Origin: an archaeon GW2011_AR15
Lineage (GTDB): Archaea > Nanobdellota > Nanobdellia > Woesearchaeales > GW2011-AR15
Direction of reading: 5' to 3'
NCBI GenBank assembly: GCA_000830295.1
Contig: CP010425.1
Coordinates: 96,001-160,000, forward strand
DNA: 64,000 nucleotides
The notes below the pieces were generated by a model, which worked only from the letters and a program-made list of their open reading frames with translations, had not been told where the DNA came from and did not search any database. The position numbers and the translations under genes were made by a program. Shown here in pieces: positions 38,479-46,881 of this stretch (position 1 is its first letter; every line of letters begins with the position of its first letter).

Positions 38479-39096
38479 ATGGTAACAAGTAATATTACAG
38501 CACCGCAGAACAAGGCAGACTTAAAGCCGGTAACCGTAAACAGGTATGGAACACTTGATGAGCTTATTAAAATACACAGGGAAGATATAGGTGTGGGAAA
38601 GGTTGTTCCTATGCTTCCGTTTGTATTCTTCAGAATTGGCTCTGTGAATTCTCCGCCTGATAAGTGGTATTTTGCGCTGTTGAACAGGGACCAGCTAAGG
38701 TCTTCAGAGGAAGTAATAGAGAATTACAGGAATGGCGGCGATGTTGAAGTGCTTCCTAAGGAAGTGCTTGATTTTACACTGAGCGAGATGCTTGGGAGGC
38801 ATTTGTTCCCTACACAGGATGTAATGGCTGATTACAGTGTTAGTTATGATGCTGCCCTGGATGTTGTATACGGAAGAGACGCTGACAAGCCGACAATCAA
38901 ATCCAATCATGAAGGAAAAAGAATACTTTACAGCCTCCAGGATAATCCCTTCGGAGGTAACCAGGTTGAGCTTTCAACACGGGTAAAGGATTGCCTCTCT
39001 TATATCACAATAGATGATAAAAATGAGTCGTCTGTGCACTACGGAGCAATTACTGTTGATATGACATACGCCACTGCAGGCAAAGGCGGTAGGTGA
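38479..39096 (+). CDS. Candidate ubiquitin-like (beta-grasp) modifier precursor ending GG-R
   Basis: C-terminus QVELSTRVKDCL...GAITVDMTYATAGKGGR parallels ubiquitin QLEDGRTLSDY...TLHLVLRLRGG; first gene of an E2/JAB/E1 operon. Confidence 0.6.
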   Translation: MVTSNITAPQNKADLKPVTVNRYGTLDELIKIHREDIGVGKVVPMLPFVFFRIGSVNSPPDKWYFALLNRDQLRSSEEVIENYRNGGDVEVLPKEVLDFTLSEMLGRHLFPTQDVMADYSVSYDAALDVVYGRDADKPTIKSNHEGKRILYSLQDNPFGGNQVELSTRVKDCLSYITIDDKNESSVHYGAITVDMTYATAGKGGR

Positions 39097-40439
39097 GGCT
39101 GCAGGCCGAAAGGCTTGGGGGAAAAAGAATGAATCTTCCGAAGTTCTACTTTTTTAATTTTAGCGGGATTACTATAGTACATAGCGGAAGAATCTACACT
39201 GCGAGCAGCCAGGTTTCTGATTTTACTGATGAGATAGCAATAGAGAGCCTTGTGGATGCCGGTCCGGAATCCCAGGAAAGGTTTCCGCTTGAACCGCAGG
39301 AAACCCTCCTTGGCCTTGAAGCGCTTTATTTCATACATAATAACAGTGAGATAGGAAAGTGGCAGGCCGAGTATATGAAGAAATTCAACATTGATTCGCT
39401 TTCAGATATAGACATGGCCAACAGAATTAAGGAATCTAAGCTGCTTGAGTTTATAGTAAAGGAAGTCTTCCCAAGGTTCGTAAGCTCAGGGAGGATAGAC
39501 ATAGAAGGGATGGGGCTAAATGTAAAAGCGCCCTCTGCAAAGAAAAAAAGCAGCAGAAAGAAAAGGGCTTCAGGAGGAATTGCCGGGACTGTATTTGATA
39601 TAATTGAGGGAATCGAGAATGAAGGATATACACAAAAAGATATCGGTAAAATTGCAAAGGAATTCAGCCTCAAAAGATCTATCCTGCAGTCAGATGTGCT
39701 TGGAAACGAGAGCATATGCATAATAGATAATGAAGTATATGTGATGAGATCTGCAAAATCAGAAAAGGTCCTGGACGGCATACAAATAACTCTTGGCCCA
39801 AAAAAATTCGGGCTTGTGTATTACGGCTCCCTCAGCACAATTGAAACATCATTCAGCAGTGCGCTTGGAGAGCACCTGAAAAAACAGGCGTTCAAGAACA
39901 ACCCTGTTATTTTAAGGCAGATTGAAATCAGGGATGAACTGCTCAAAGAGATAAAAAATCCGAAATACCAGGAAGCCGGGCTTGGCATTGAGAAAACAGA
40001 CAAGGACGGCACTTCATACATGATTTCCATTGATGTTCCTGAATTTGTGAACCTGGGAGAAAGCCAGAATTACTTTTATTTCCCTGCAACAAAAGTCGGC
40101 CTTCAGGTGTGGATTCAGGGAGAGGCGATAAGGCATTCAAAGAAGCCTATTGTAATGGGAAAATACAAGCACCCGTTTGTAGGGGACTGGTCATCAAACA
40201 GGGATATATGCACGGATGAATATGAATCCAGTTACACTACACCAGAAGAAAGAATTGCAGATTACCTTAATTACGGCAAGAATATCCTGATGTCCGGATA
40301 CTTCGGCAGCGTGAGGCCAAGGGCGCTGCTGAACAAGTCCACTTTCCATGAAAGCCAGTTCAGAAAAGTAGACGGCATGAGCAGGGAAGAAATAATCAAG
40401 CAATATCCAATCACAAATGTAATAGCCCAGAGAAGGTGA
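39093..40439 (+). CDS. E2/UBC-like conjugating enzyme with long N-terminal extension
   Basis: C-terminal KPIVMGKYKHPFVGDWSSNRDICTD matches the UBC pattern P....HPN(V/I)...G.IC.D with catalytic Cys. Start may be ATG 39129. Confidence 0.65.
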   Translation: MRLQAERLGGKRMNLPKFYFFNFSGITIVHSGRIYTASSQVSDFTDEIAIESLVDAGPESQERFPLEPQETLLGLEALYFIHNNSEIGKWQAEYMKKFNIDSLSDIDMANRIKESKLLEFIVKEVFPRFVSSGRIDIEGMGLNVKAPSAKKKSSRKKRASGGIAGTVFDIIEGIENEGYTQKDIGKIAKEFSLKRSILQSDVLGNESICIIDNEVYVMRSAKSEKVLDGIQITLGPKKFGLVYYGSLSTIETSFSSALGEHLKKQAFKNNPVILRQIEIRDELLKEIKNPKYQEAGLGIEKTDKDGTSYMISIDVPEFVNLGESQNYFYFPATKVGLQVWIQGEAIRHSKKPIVMGKYKHPFVGDWSSNRDICTDEYESSYTTPEERIADYLNYGKNILMSGYFGSVRPRALLNKSTFHESQFRKVDGMSREEIIKQYPITNVIAQRR

Positions 40440-40445
40440 TAAAAA

Positions 40446-41600
40446 ATGTCCGACCTAGTAAAAAACCTAAAAGCAATTGTCAATGAAGATGTCCATGTCA
40501 GTTACAGCCAGCTGACAATCAATCAGCAGATACTGACAGAGGGCGTTGTCAGAAAAATCTATGCAGTATACAATGTAATCAACAAGATTGAGGGCAGCAT
40601 GGAGGCCTATTTCCTCCCACTGAGAAAAGAAGGGGAAAATTTCACAAGGGATATCTTCCTGCCAACCCAGTATGATGCCTCGCATGCCCATGTGCAGGTA
40701 GAGCCTGAAGCTCTTCAGGAATTTGACAATGACAACCCCTATGGTCTTGTGGTTGACGGATGGATGCATTTCCACCCCGGATACGGCTCTGTCCATCCCT
40801 CAGGGACTGACGATGACAATAACAGGCAGGTGCTAAAGCTTGTTCCGCACAACAAGATTTCGGGTGTCCAGGAAACACTGATGAAAAACCTTGATTATAA
40901 AATAAAAGGCGGCAAGGTCATAGTATCCGATCTTCTTACAGGAATGGAATACGGAATACCTACAGACCAGCTTACTTCACTGATAAAATCATTTAACGCC
41001 CATCACAAAAAGGGCAAGGAAGCCAGTGATGAGGACATTGCAGGCTTTATGAAAGGCTACTTCAGCGAAAAAGGCCCAGGGCTGAAAGTAATGTCCAGCT
41101 ACCTGAGGGCAGAGCTGCAGTATGCAAAGAGCACAATCTTCAACGGGCTTAGCCTTGACCACGTGCTAAATCTTGACGGCACAGAGAAAGGAGGGAGGAG
41201 CAGGAACGTGTATTCTGAAGCAATTGTGCAGAATTACCTCGACGGCAAGCCAAGAGGGGATATGAAGCTCATAGAAAATATTCCTATAAAGGTAATCCAA
41301 GTAGAGAATGACGTTGCATTTACCGTAAAAGAGATTGAGGAGCTTGTAAGAGAAAAAATAGTCAAGCCGAGAAAGAGCGGGTTCTCATATGAAGTACATG
41401 AGCCTGTCAGGGAAGAAAAGGAGCCAAAGAAAGACTATGATGCCCCTGAAAAGCAGGAGAAGGTTGTTGTTGACAGAGGGGATAATTATAGTGGACTGGC
41501 AAGATTCCTCTTGTGGCTTGCCAGGCTGGCCGGCGTAAATATACGGGAGACCACAGAACCTGAGGAAAAAAAGCCAGAGGCAGAAAAGAAAGATGAGTGA
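40446..41600 (+). CDS. JAB/JAMM (MPN+) metallopeptidase
   Basis: N-terminal MEAYFL Glu and GWMHFHPGYGSVHPSGTDD (HxH...SxxD). Confidence 0.85.
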   Translation: MSDLVKNLKAIVNEDVHVSYSQLTINQQILTEGVVRKIYAVYNVINKIEGSMEAYFLPLRKEGENFTRDIFLPTQYDASHAHVQVEPEALQEFDNDNPYGLVVDGWMHFHPGYGSVHPSGTDDDNNRQVLKLVPHNKISGVQETLMKNLDYKIKGGKVIVSDLLTGMEYGIPTDQLTSLIKSFNAHHKKGKEASDEDIAGFMKGYFSEKGPGLKVMSSYLRAELQYAKSTIFNGLSLDHVLNLDGTEKGGRSRNVYSEAIVQNYLDGKPRGDMKLIENIPIKVIQVENDVAFTVKEIEELVREKIVKPRKSGFSYEVHEPVREEKEPKKDYDAPEKQEKVVVDRGDNYSGLARFLLWLARLAGVNIRETTEPEEKKPEAEKKDE

Positions 41601-42984
41601 TAGGTACTTAAGGCAGATGATTATTGAAGGATGGGATCAGTCAAAGCTATATAATTCAAGCGTGGCTGTGGTTGGTTCCGGTCCTGTTGCCATCTCAACA
41701 CTCGTTGCACTGAGTATGCTTGGGGTCGGGGATATTGATATCTACAGCAACCGCATCTTAAAGCAGTATGACCCGTCTGAATTCCTATATTTCGGGGAAG
41801 AGCCGGGAGTCTATAAGGTTGATGCCCTGGAAAGGATAATGAAAAAAAGCAATCCTGACCTTGAGGGCAATATAACAAACCTGAAAATGGGAGTTACATG
41901 GAATTTCCTCAGCGACAGCGAGCTCATCCTTATGGACAAAAGTGCAGGAAAAACAAGGTATAACCTTGTTGTAGATGCGACAAATAATCCTTCCATTGAG
42001 TCACTTATGCTTCAGTATGGTATCTCAAGGATGGTTCCTATCATAAATGCCTCTGCAATGGCATACAAAGGCGAGGTGAAAGTAGTGACGCCTGACGGCA
42101 AGGAAATCTCCAGAGGAGCACTTTCAACTGAATACGCATACAAGCCGCAGGACCCGGTTATGGCAGGCCTTATAGGCGGGCTCGTGGGAGAAGAGGCAAG
42201 GAGACTGCTTATGCCGCTGAAAGGCGAAAGCATAGAAGATATTGATGTCAACCTGAATTTCCTTTCAAGAAAAATAGTAGGGCAGGAAGACGATTATGAG
42301 AATCTGAACCCAGACTACAGAAAAAGTGTGCTTGTTGTGGGTGCAGGCTCATTGGGAGTGAATGTAGTGAGAGAGCTTGTCCAAAGGGGCGTAAAGAAAA
42401 TATGGCTATATGATGCTGACAGGGTGGAAGAGTTAAACCTGAACAGGCAGTATGAATATACCCTTGCTGATTCTGTCGGACAGCCAAAGGCACTTATGCT
42501 TAAGGAAGTGGCTTCCCAGTACAATCCAGCAGTTCAGATTATAGCAAAAAACGAGTTCTTTACAGGAGAATTCAAATCCGCTCTTCCCGATGCCATATTC
42601 AGGTGCACTGATTCCTTTAAGACGTCTGCTATGCTCAATGCGACAGCCCACAAATATAATATTCCGCTGTTCTATGCAGCAACCTCCAAGGATGACGGCC
42701 AGGCATATGCTGTAATACCCGGAAAAACACCCGGGCTTGATGATATCTTCGATGTAAACAAAGCAGCAGAAGAGGAGATTGTGCCCGCCGGCTGCGTTGA
42801 AGAGCCTACTCCTTCAGTAGGGACCGTGAACATGATAATGTCAAGTGCCATGGTCGGACTGTTTGATATATGGTGCGCCGGCGCAGAAGTGCCAAGAGGC
42901 TACCTGAATTACAGCAACAAAGAATTTAACAGATTTTCGTTCGTTGAAACTAATTTTAAAACGGCACAAAATAAAGGGGTATAA
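41593..42984 (+). CDS. E1-like activating enzyme with tandem ThiF domains (inactive + active)
   Basis: DRYLRQ; domain 1 VAVVGSGPVA (degenerate); domain 2 VLVVGAGSLG, DADRVEELNLNRQ, CTDS; candidate catalytic Cys in PAGCVEEPTPS. Confidence 0.85.
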   Translation: MSDRYLRQMIIEGWDQSKLYNSSVAVVGSGPVAISTLVALSMLGVGDIDIYSNRILKQYDPSEFLYFGEEPGVYKVDALERIMKKSNPDLEGNITNLKMGVTWNFLSDSELILMDKSAGKTRYNLVVDATNNPSIESLMLQYGISRMVPIINASAMAYKGEVKVVTPDGKEISRGALSTEYAYKPQDPVMAGLIGGLVGEEARRLLMPLKGESIEDIDVNLNFLSRKIVGQEDDYENLNPDYRKSVLVVGAGSLGVNVVRELVQRGVKKIWLYDADRVEELNLNRQYEYTLADSVGQPKALMLKEVASQYNPAVQIIAKNEFFTGEFKSALPDAIFRCTDSFKTSAMLNATAHKYNIPLFYAATSKDDGQAYAVIPGKTPGLDDIFDVNKAAEEEIVPAGCVEEPTPSVGTVNMIMSSAMVGLFDIWCAGAEVPRGYLNYSNKEFNRFSFVETNFKTAQNKGV

Positions 42985-42989
42985 AGCAT

Positions 42990-43739
42990 ATGGCAGTAAA
43001 AACAAAAACCAGCGCAGCAGATGAAAAGCTTGATAGCCTCCTAGGCTCAATCATGCAGCCTGCTGAAAGGCGCGTGGAAAGACAGGCAGGGGATACAAGC
43101 CCCTATCAGGCAATCCTGCCCATGGACCTCTACACAACAAGGATACTTTCATCAATGCTTAAGACTCCGGCTGCACAGAAAAACCTGGAGAAAATAAGTG
43201 ATATTGAAGAATTCTATCAGCTGCTTCTGGCAGATCTTTTCGTTAGCAATGCTGGAACAGAGGAGTCAAAGAAGAGTATGGAAGAGATAATGATGGATGA
43301 TTCATCTTCCATATATTCAAAATCAAAAGATGTTGCAGGAATTTTCTATAAATCACTTCCTGAAGGTGAGGTTGCCGGCCAGGCAGAAAAGCTGAAGCAG
43401 GTAATTGGTGAGAATTATATCAATAATAACAGGGAAACTATTGAATCCATGCTAAGCAAGGCATATAATACAAAAATTGCAGTAAATAACGCAATTGCAA
43501 GAAGGAGCATCATACCCAGATGGATTTTCCGCATTGCCGCCGCTGCTATCATCGGCGCAGCAGTTTATTTCGGGCTTGCAGAGCATCACCGGCAGCTTGA
43601 GTATCAGGCCCAGTACGGCCAGTACGTAGAAGATACCTATGGTGCCACATTGCCTGACAATGTCTACGATGAAATAATCCCAGATTCAATATACACTACA
43701 ATACAGGATACAGTGCAGAAGCTGTTTTCAGGAGAATAG
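42990..43739 (+). CDS. Single-pass membrane protein with helical cytoplasmic domain
   Basis: TM WIFRIAAAAIIGAAVYFGL near the C-terminus; short acidic outer tail. Confidence 0.7.
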   Translation: MAVKTKTSAADEKLDSLLGSIMQPAERRVERQAGDTSPYQAILPMDLYTTRILSSMLKTPAAQKNLEKISDIEEFYQLLLADLFVSNAGTEESKKSMEEIMMDDSSSIYSKSKDVAGIFYKSLPEGEVAGQAEKLKQVIGENYINNNRETIESMLSKAYNTKIAVNNAIARRSIIPRWIFRIAAAAIIGAAVYFGLAEHHRQLEYQAQYGQYVEDTYGATLPDNVYDEIIPDSIYTTIQDTVQKLFSGE

Positions 43740-43740
43740 A

Positions 43741-45504
43741 ATGGCAGAAGAAAAAAGGACGCGGGGGGTTGTAAATCTTGCAAGAGTGGTCCAGAAATCA
43801 AGGGAGAGGTATGCTCCAAAGGATGCTTCTAAAGATCTTGCCAAAGATCCCAGATGGATGGTGTTTCTCAACAGGATAGGGCAAAGTAAAAACAGTGAAC
43901 TTGCCCAGCAGCTGAAATCAGCCGCAACTGCAGAAGAAGCTACTGATGTCCTGATAAAAGCCTATATGTCTTCTTCAAGCCTTTATCCTGTCCAGAATAT
44001 TGTGAATTCAGATGCAAAGCCGGGAGAGATGATTTCTGACCTTGCGGCAATAGTCTCAGGAAAGCTGAGCAAAAGTGACCTGAAGTCTCTTGAGCATTCT
44101 GTTGTTACAGATATTACTTCAAAACTGCAGAAGGAGCATCATGAGAGCATTGACCAGAAAATAAAGGCGGGAAGCTATTCAGACAATATAAGAAGAGAAA
44201 CCAGGCAGGGCATATTCAGAGGATTAAAAAGGACCATAAGCACTGCTGTAATATTTGCCCTTCTTGGCACAGCAGCATATGTCTATTTCAACGTGAGTTT
44301 TGAAGGGAGAAGGGAGGAGGCCATACGGCCTGTATATGAGCAGGTTATGTCAGAGGCCATCGCTGCTGAAAATGTCGTGGTCCCGATGTCCAGCCTGATA
44401 AATCTTGGAGTGGATTATTCTCCTTTAACCTTCCTGCCGTATCAGGAGCTGCCGTCCTCTGCAGCTGTTGCAGAAAGGTATCTGGCAGTAACCGAGATGC
44501 CGGAAACTGGCGAAACCCCGGAGATAACCCTGGAGCTTCTTAATGCAAAGGTAGATGCTTTTGCAGCAATCGTGTCTGAATATCCCGGAAGCCTTGAAGC
44601 CTATAAATCAGATTACCAGGTATATATACTAAAGTCATTCAACCAGAGCATCTACACCCAGGAGGAGGTAATAGGGAAAATAAACGACATTGTGCTCTCC
44701 TATCCCAATGCTGAATCGCTTTCTGCAAAAAGGCTCGTTGAGCTGACTGAAGACTATTATACTATCCAGCTAAGGAAAACAGGAAGTGAGGCATCTGCCA
44801 GGGCAGAAACAATAGACTGGATAAATGAAACTATAAATGAGAATTCAGGAAGCCACATCTCCTACAAACTGAGCTATATACTCGCCAATATAATGTCAGG
44901 AAACACTGAGTTCGTATCACCTGATGATACAGGCACAATTTCCCTGCTTGATGAGATTGCCTCAGAAGCGGATAATGAAGAAGTTATTGCCCTTTATCTT
45001 GCAGGCATGAGAGAGAGCCCAATGGCTGCGTCTCTCGTGCATTATTCAGCTGCACAGCTATACCTTGACGGGATTGACCTGAATAACCCGGAGTCCTATG
45101 CCCTTCTTGAGAGCCCAATAGATGTAGCAGGCTATCTGGAAGAGAGCATTGCTCTTGCAGAGGAATATGGATCTGCTGATGCGAGCTGGCTTCCGGAGGC
45201 ATATTACAGCCTTGCTCTTGTAGCAAGGAACATGGGGCAGTTTGATTATGCAACAGAAACACTGAATGCACTGATACAGAAATATTCAGACAGCTCTCCG
45301 GTTGTATCCGGCAATGCCCAAAGCGTGATAGACAATATGGATCAGGCCAGGGTTGAAAGAGAGCAGGCAAGACAACAGGAGATAGAAAACCAGTTCTACA
45401 CCTGGTATGAGCAGTCAAAGGACGATGCAGGCATAACTGATATAAAAGACGAGATAATAAGCGTGCTAAATACTGTCGGCGGCTGGTTTGGCTCTGGGGA
45501 GTGA
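43741..45504 (+). CDS. Single-pass membrane protein with Lys-rich cytoplasmic N-domain and acidic TPR-like outer domain
   Basis: TM near aa 165-185; TPR-like WLPEAYYSLALVARNMGQFDYATETLNALIQKYSDS. Confidence 0.7.
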   Translation: MAEEKRTRGVVNLARVVQKSRERYAPKDASKDLAKDPRWMVFLNRIGQSKNSELAQQLKSAATAEEATDVLIKAYMSSSSLYPVQNIVNSDAKPGEMISDLAAIVSGKLSKSDLKSLEHSVVTDITSKLQKEHHESIDQKIKAGSYSDNIRRETRQGIFRGLKRTISTAVIFALLGTAAYVYFNVSFEGRREEAIRPVYEQVMSEAIAAENVVVPMSSLINLGVDYSPLTFLPYQELPSSAAVAERYLAVTEMPETGETPEITLELLNAKVDAFAAIVSEYPGSLEAYKSDYQVYILKSFNQSIYTQEEVIGKINDIVLSYPNAESLSAKRLVELTEDYYTIQLRKTGSEASARAETIDWINETINENSGSHISYKLSYILANIMSGNTEFVSPDDTGTISLLDEIASEADNEEVIALYLAGMRESPMAASLVHYSAAQLYLDGIDLNNPESYALLESPIDVAGYLEESIALAEEYGSADASWLPEAYYSLALVARNMGQFDYATETLNALIQKYSDSSPVVSGNAQSVIDNMDQARVEREQARQQEIENQFYTWYEQSKDDAGITDIKDEIISVLNTVGGWFGSGE

Positions 45505-45908
45505 GTGGAATGAGCACAATAGAGGAATGCCTTCCTTCCACAAAATACATACTTGATTTCCAGAAAAACAGTCTTGACCCCGGAATTGAGATTAAGCTGG
45601 AAGTTCTTATCCCTGCAGAATACAGGAGAGATGAAAAACTCCACGGCCTGATGCTTGATCATAACTGCCCTATTGACAAGATAATAAGGTCGCAGGGATT
45701 CTTAAAACCTAACAGGATAATATACGAAGGCTCTTCTGATGAATTTGGAGACTACAGCCTTATTTTGAATGTCAGGGGGTCTGAGTTCTGGGAAACGCAA
45801 AAAACATACATAAGCCTGAAAATATCAAAAGGAGACGCTGAGACCGGCAAGCTGACAGGACTTATTGAAGTAGTCAAGGAATATGTGGATTCATACGGGA
45901 GAAAATAA
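45501..45908 (+). CDS. Hypothetical protein, last gene of the right arm
   Basis: Translationally coupled ORF. Confidence 0.55.
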   Translation: MSGMSTIEECLPSTKYILDFQKNSLDPGIEIKLEVLIPAEYRRDEKLHGLMLDHNCPIDKIIRSQGFLKPNRIIYEGSSDEFGDYSLILNVRGSEFWETQKTYISLKISKGDAETGKLTGLIEVVKEYVDSYGRK

Positions 45909-45910
45909 CT

Positions 45911-45926
45911 ATGGGCCCGACCAGAT
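45911..45926. repeat. 16-bp direct repeat of the tRNA-Val 3' end (att-like)
   Basis: atgggcccgaccagat at 45911-45926 and 45999-46014. Confidence 0.8.
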
Positions 45927-45999
45927 CAATCCTTTAAAAAGCATTGATGGAAACAAATCCGGTTCTGTTAACAAGTTAACAGAACGACAAAAGAAAAAA

Positions 46000-46071
46000 T
46001 GGGCCCGACCAGATTCGAACTGGTGATCTTCCGCGAGTCAAGCGGATGTCATGCCTCTAGACCACGAGCCC
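46000..46071 (-). tRNA. tRNA-Val(GAC)
   Basis: Acceptor GGGCTCG/CGGGCCC; TCCGC TT GAC TC GCGGA; ACCAG TTCGAAT CTGGT. Confidence 0.9.
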
Positions 46072-46308
46072 CCGTATGGCTGAGAATAAATGCCATGTTA
46101 AAAACGTTTCTTTTTTAGGCACTGGACACCAGGTTGCACTGGACATCGCCTTGTGAGGTATATAAATCATTAGGGCATACAATGTCCCAGGTGATGCAAA
46201 TGTACGACCACAGCACAATAGAAACCCTGTTTTTCATCCAGGCAAAAAACCTGAGCATGAAAAGCTTAAATAAAATATAAAAAGCCATTCTTATTCTCTT
46301 TTCTTCCC

Positions 46309-46881
46309 ATGCTTGTTTTAACCAAAAAGGAATTTATGGAAGACAGGGAAAAATGGATGAAAGAGATACTCAATGGGAGTGTTTTCATCTATCCGACTGA
46401 TACTATATACGGTATAGGCTGCAATGCAAAAAATGACAAGGCGGTCTTGAGAGTCAGGCAGCTGAAGCAACGGCCTGAAAACCCTTTTTCCATTATTGCG
46501 CCAAGAAAAGAATGGATTATTGAAAACTGTGAGGTTGATGGGATGGGCGAACTTTCCAGGCTGCCAGGACCATATACTTTTATTCTCAGCCTCAACAGTA
46601 AGGATATCATATCAGAGCATGTGAATCCCGGAAGCGATACTGTCGGCGTGAGGATTCCGGATAATTGGTTCTCAGATATTGTAAGGGAACTGAATGTGCC
46701 TATAGTGACCACCTCTGTAAACAAGTCTGGAAAGGCTTTCATGACCTCTCTTGAGGATGCAGACGAAGATATTAAAAACAGCGTTGATTTCATAATATAC
46801 GAAGGGCCTAAAAAAGGAAAGCCCTCCACAATAGTAAGTTTTGACAAAAAGGAAATGAAATTCAAGCTGAGGCAAAAATGA
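46309..46881 (+). CDS. Threonylcarbamoyl-AMP synthase (Sua5/TsaC/YrdC domain)
   Basis: YPTDTIYGIGC, KQR, PGPYT, VGVRIP, TTSVN, PSTIV. Confidence 0.9.
   Translation: MLVLTKKEFMEDREKWMKEILNGSVFIYPTDTIYGIGCNAKNDKAVLRVRQLKQRPENPFSIIAPRKEWIIENCEVDGMGELSRLPGPYTFILSLNSKDIISEHVNPGSDTVGVRIPDNWFSDIVRELNVPIVTTSVNKSGKAFMTSLEDADEDIKNSVDFIIYEGPKKGKPSTIVSFDKKEMKFKLRQK

Noticed and set aside
41593-42984. ThiF/MoeB for thiamine or molybdopterin biosynthesis
   Set aside because: Tandem-domain architecture, E2-like and JAB neighbours, and no ThiS/MoaD-size carrier or biosynthetic genes in the window.
23542-45926. One integrative element from the recombinase to tRNA-Val
   Set aside because: The recombinase appears catalytically dead, no att copy was seen near it or near 26.1 kb, and the att-like pair spans only 104 bp.
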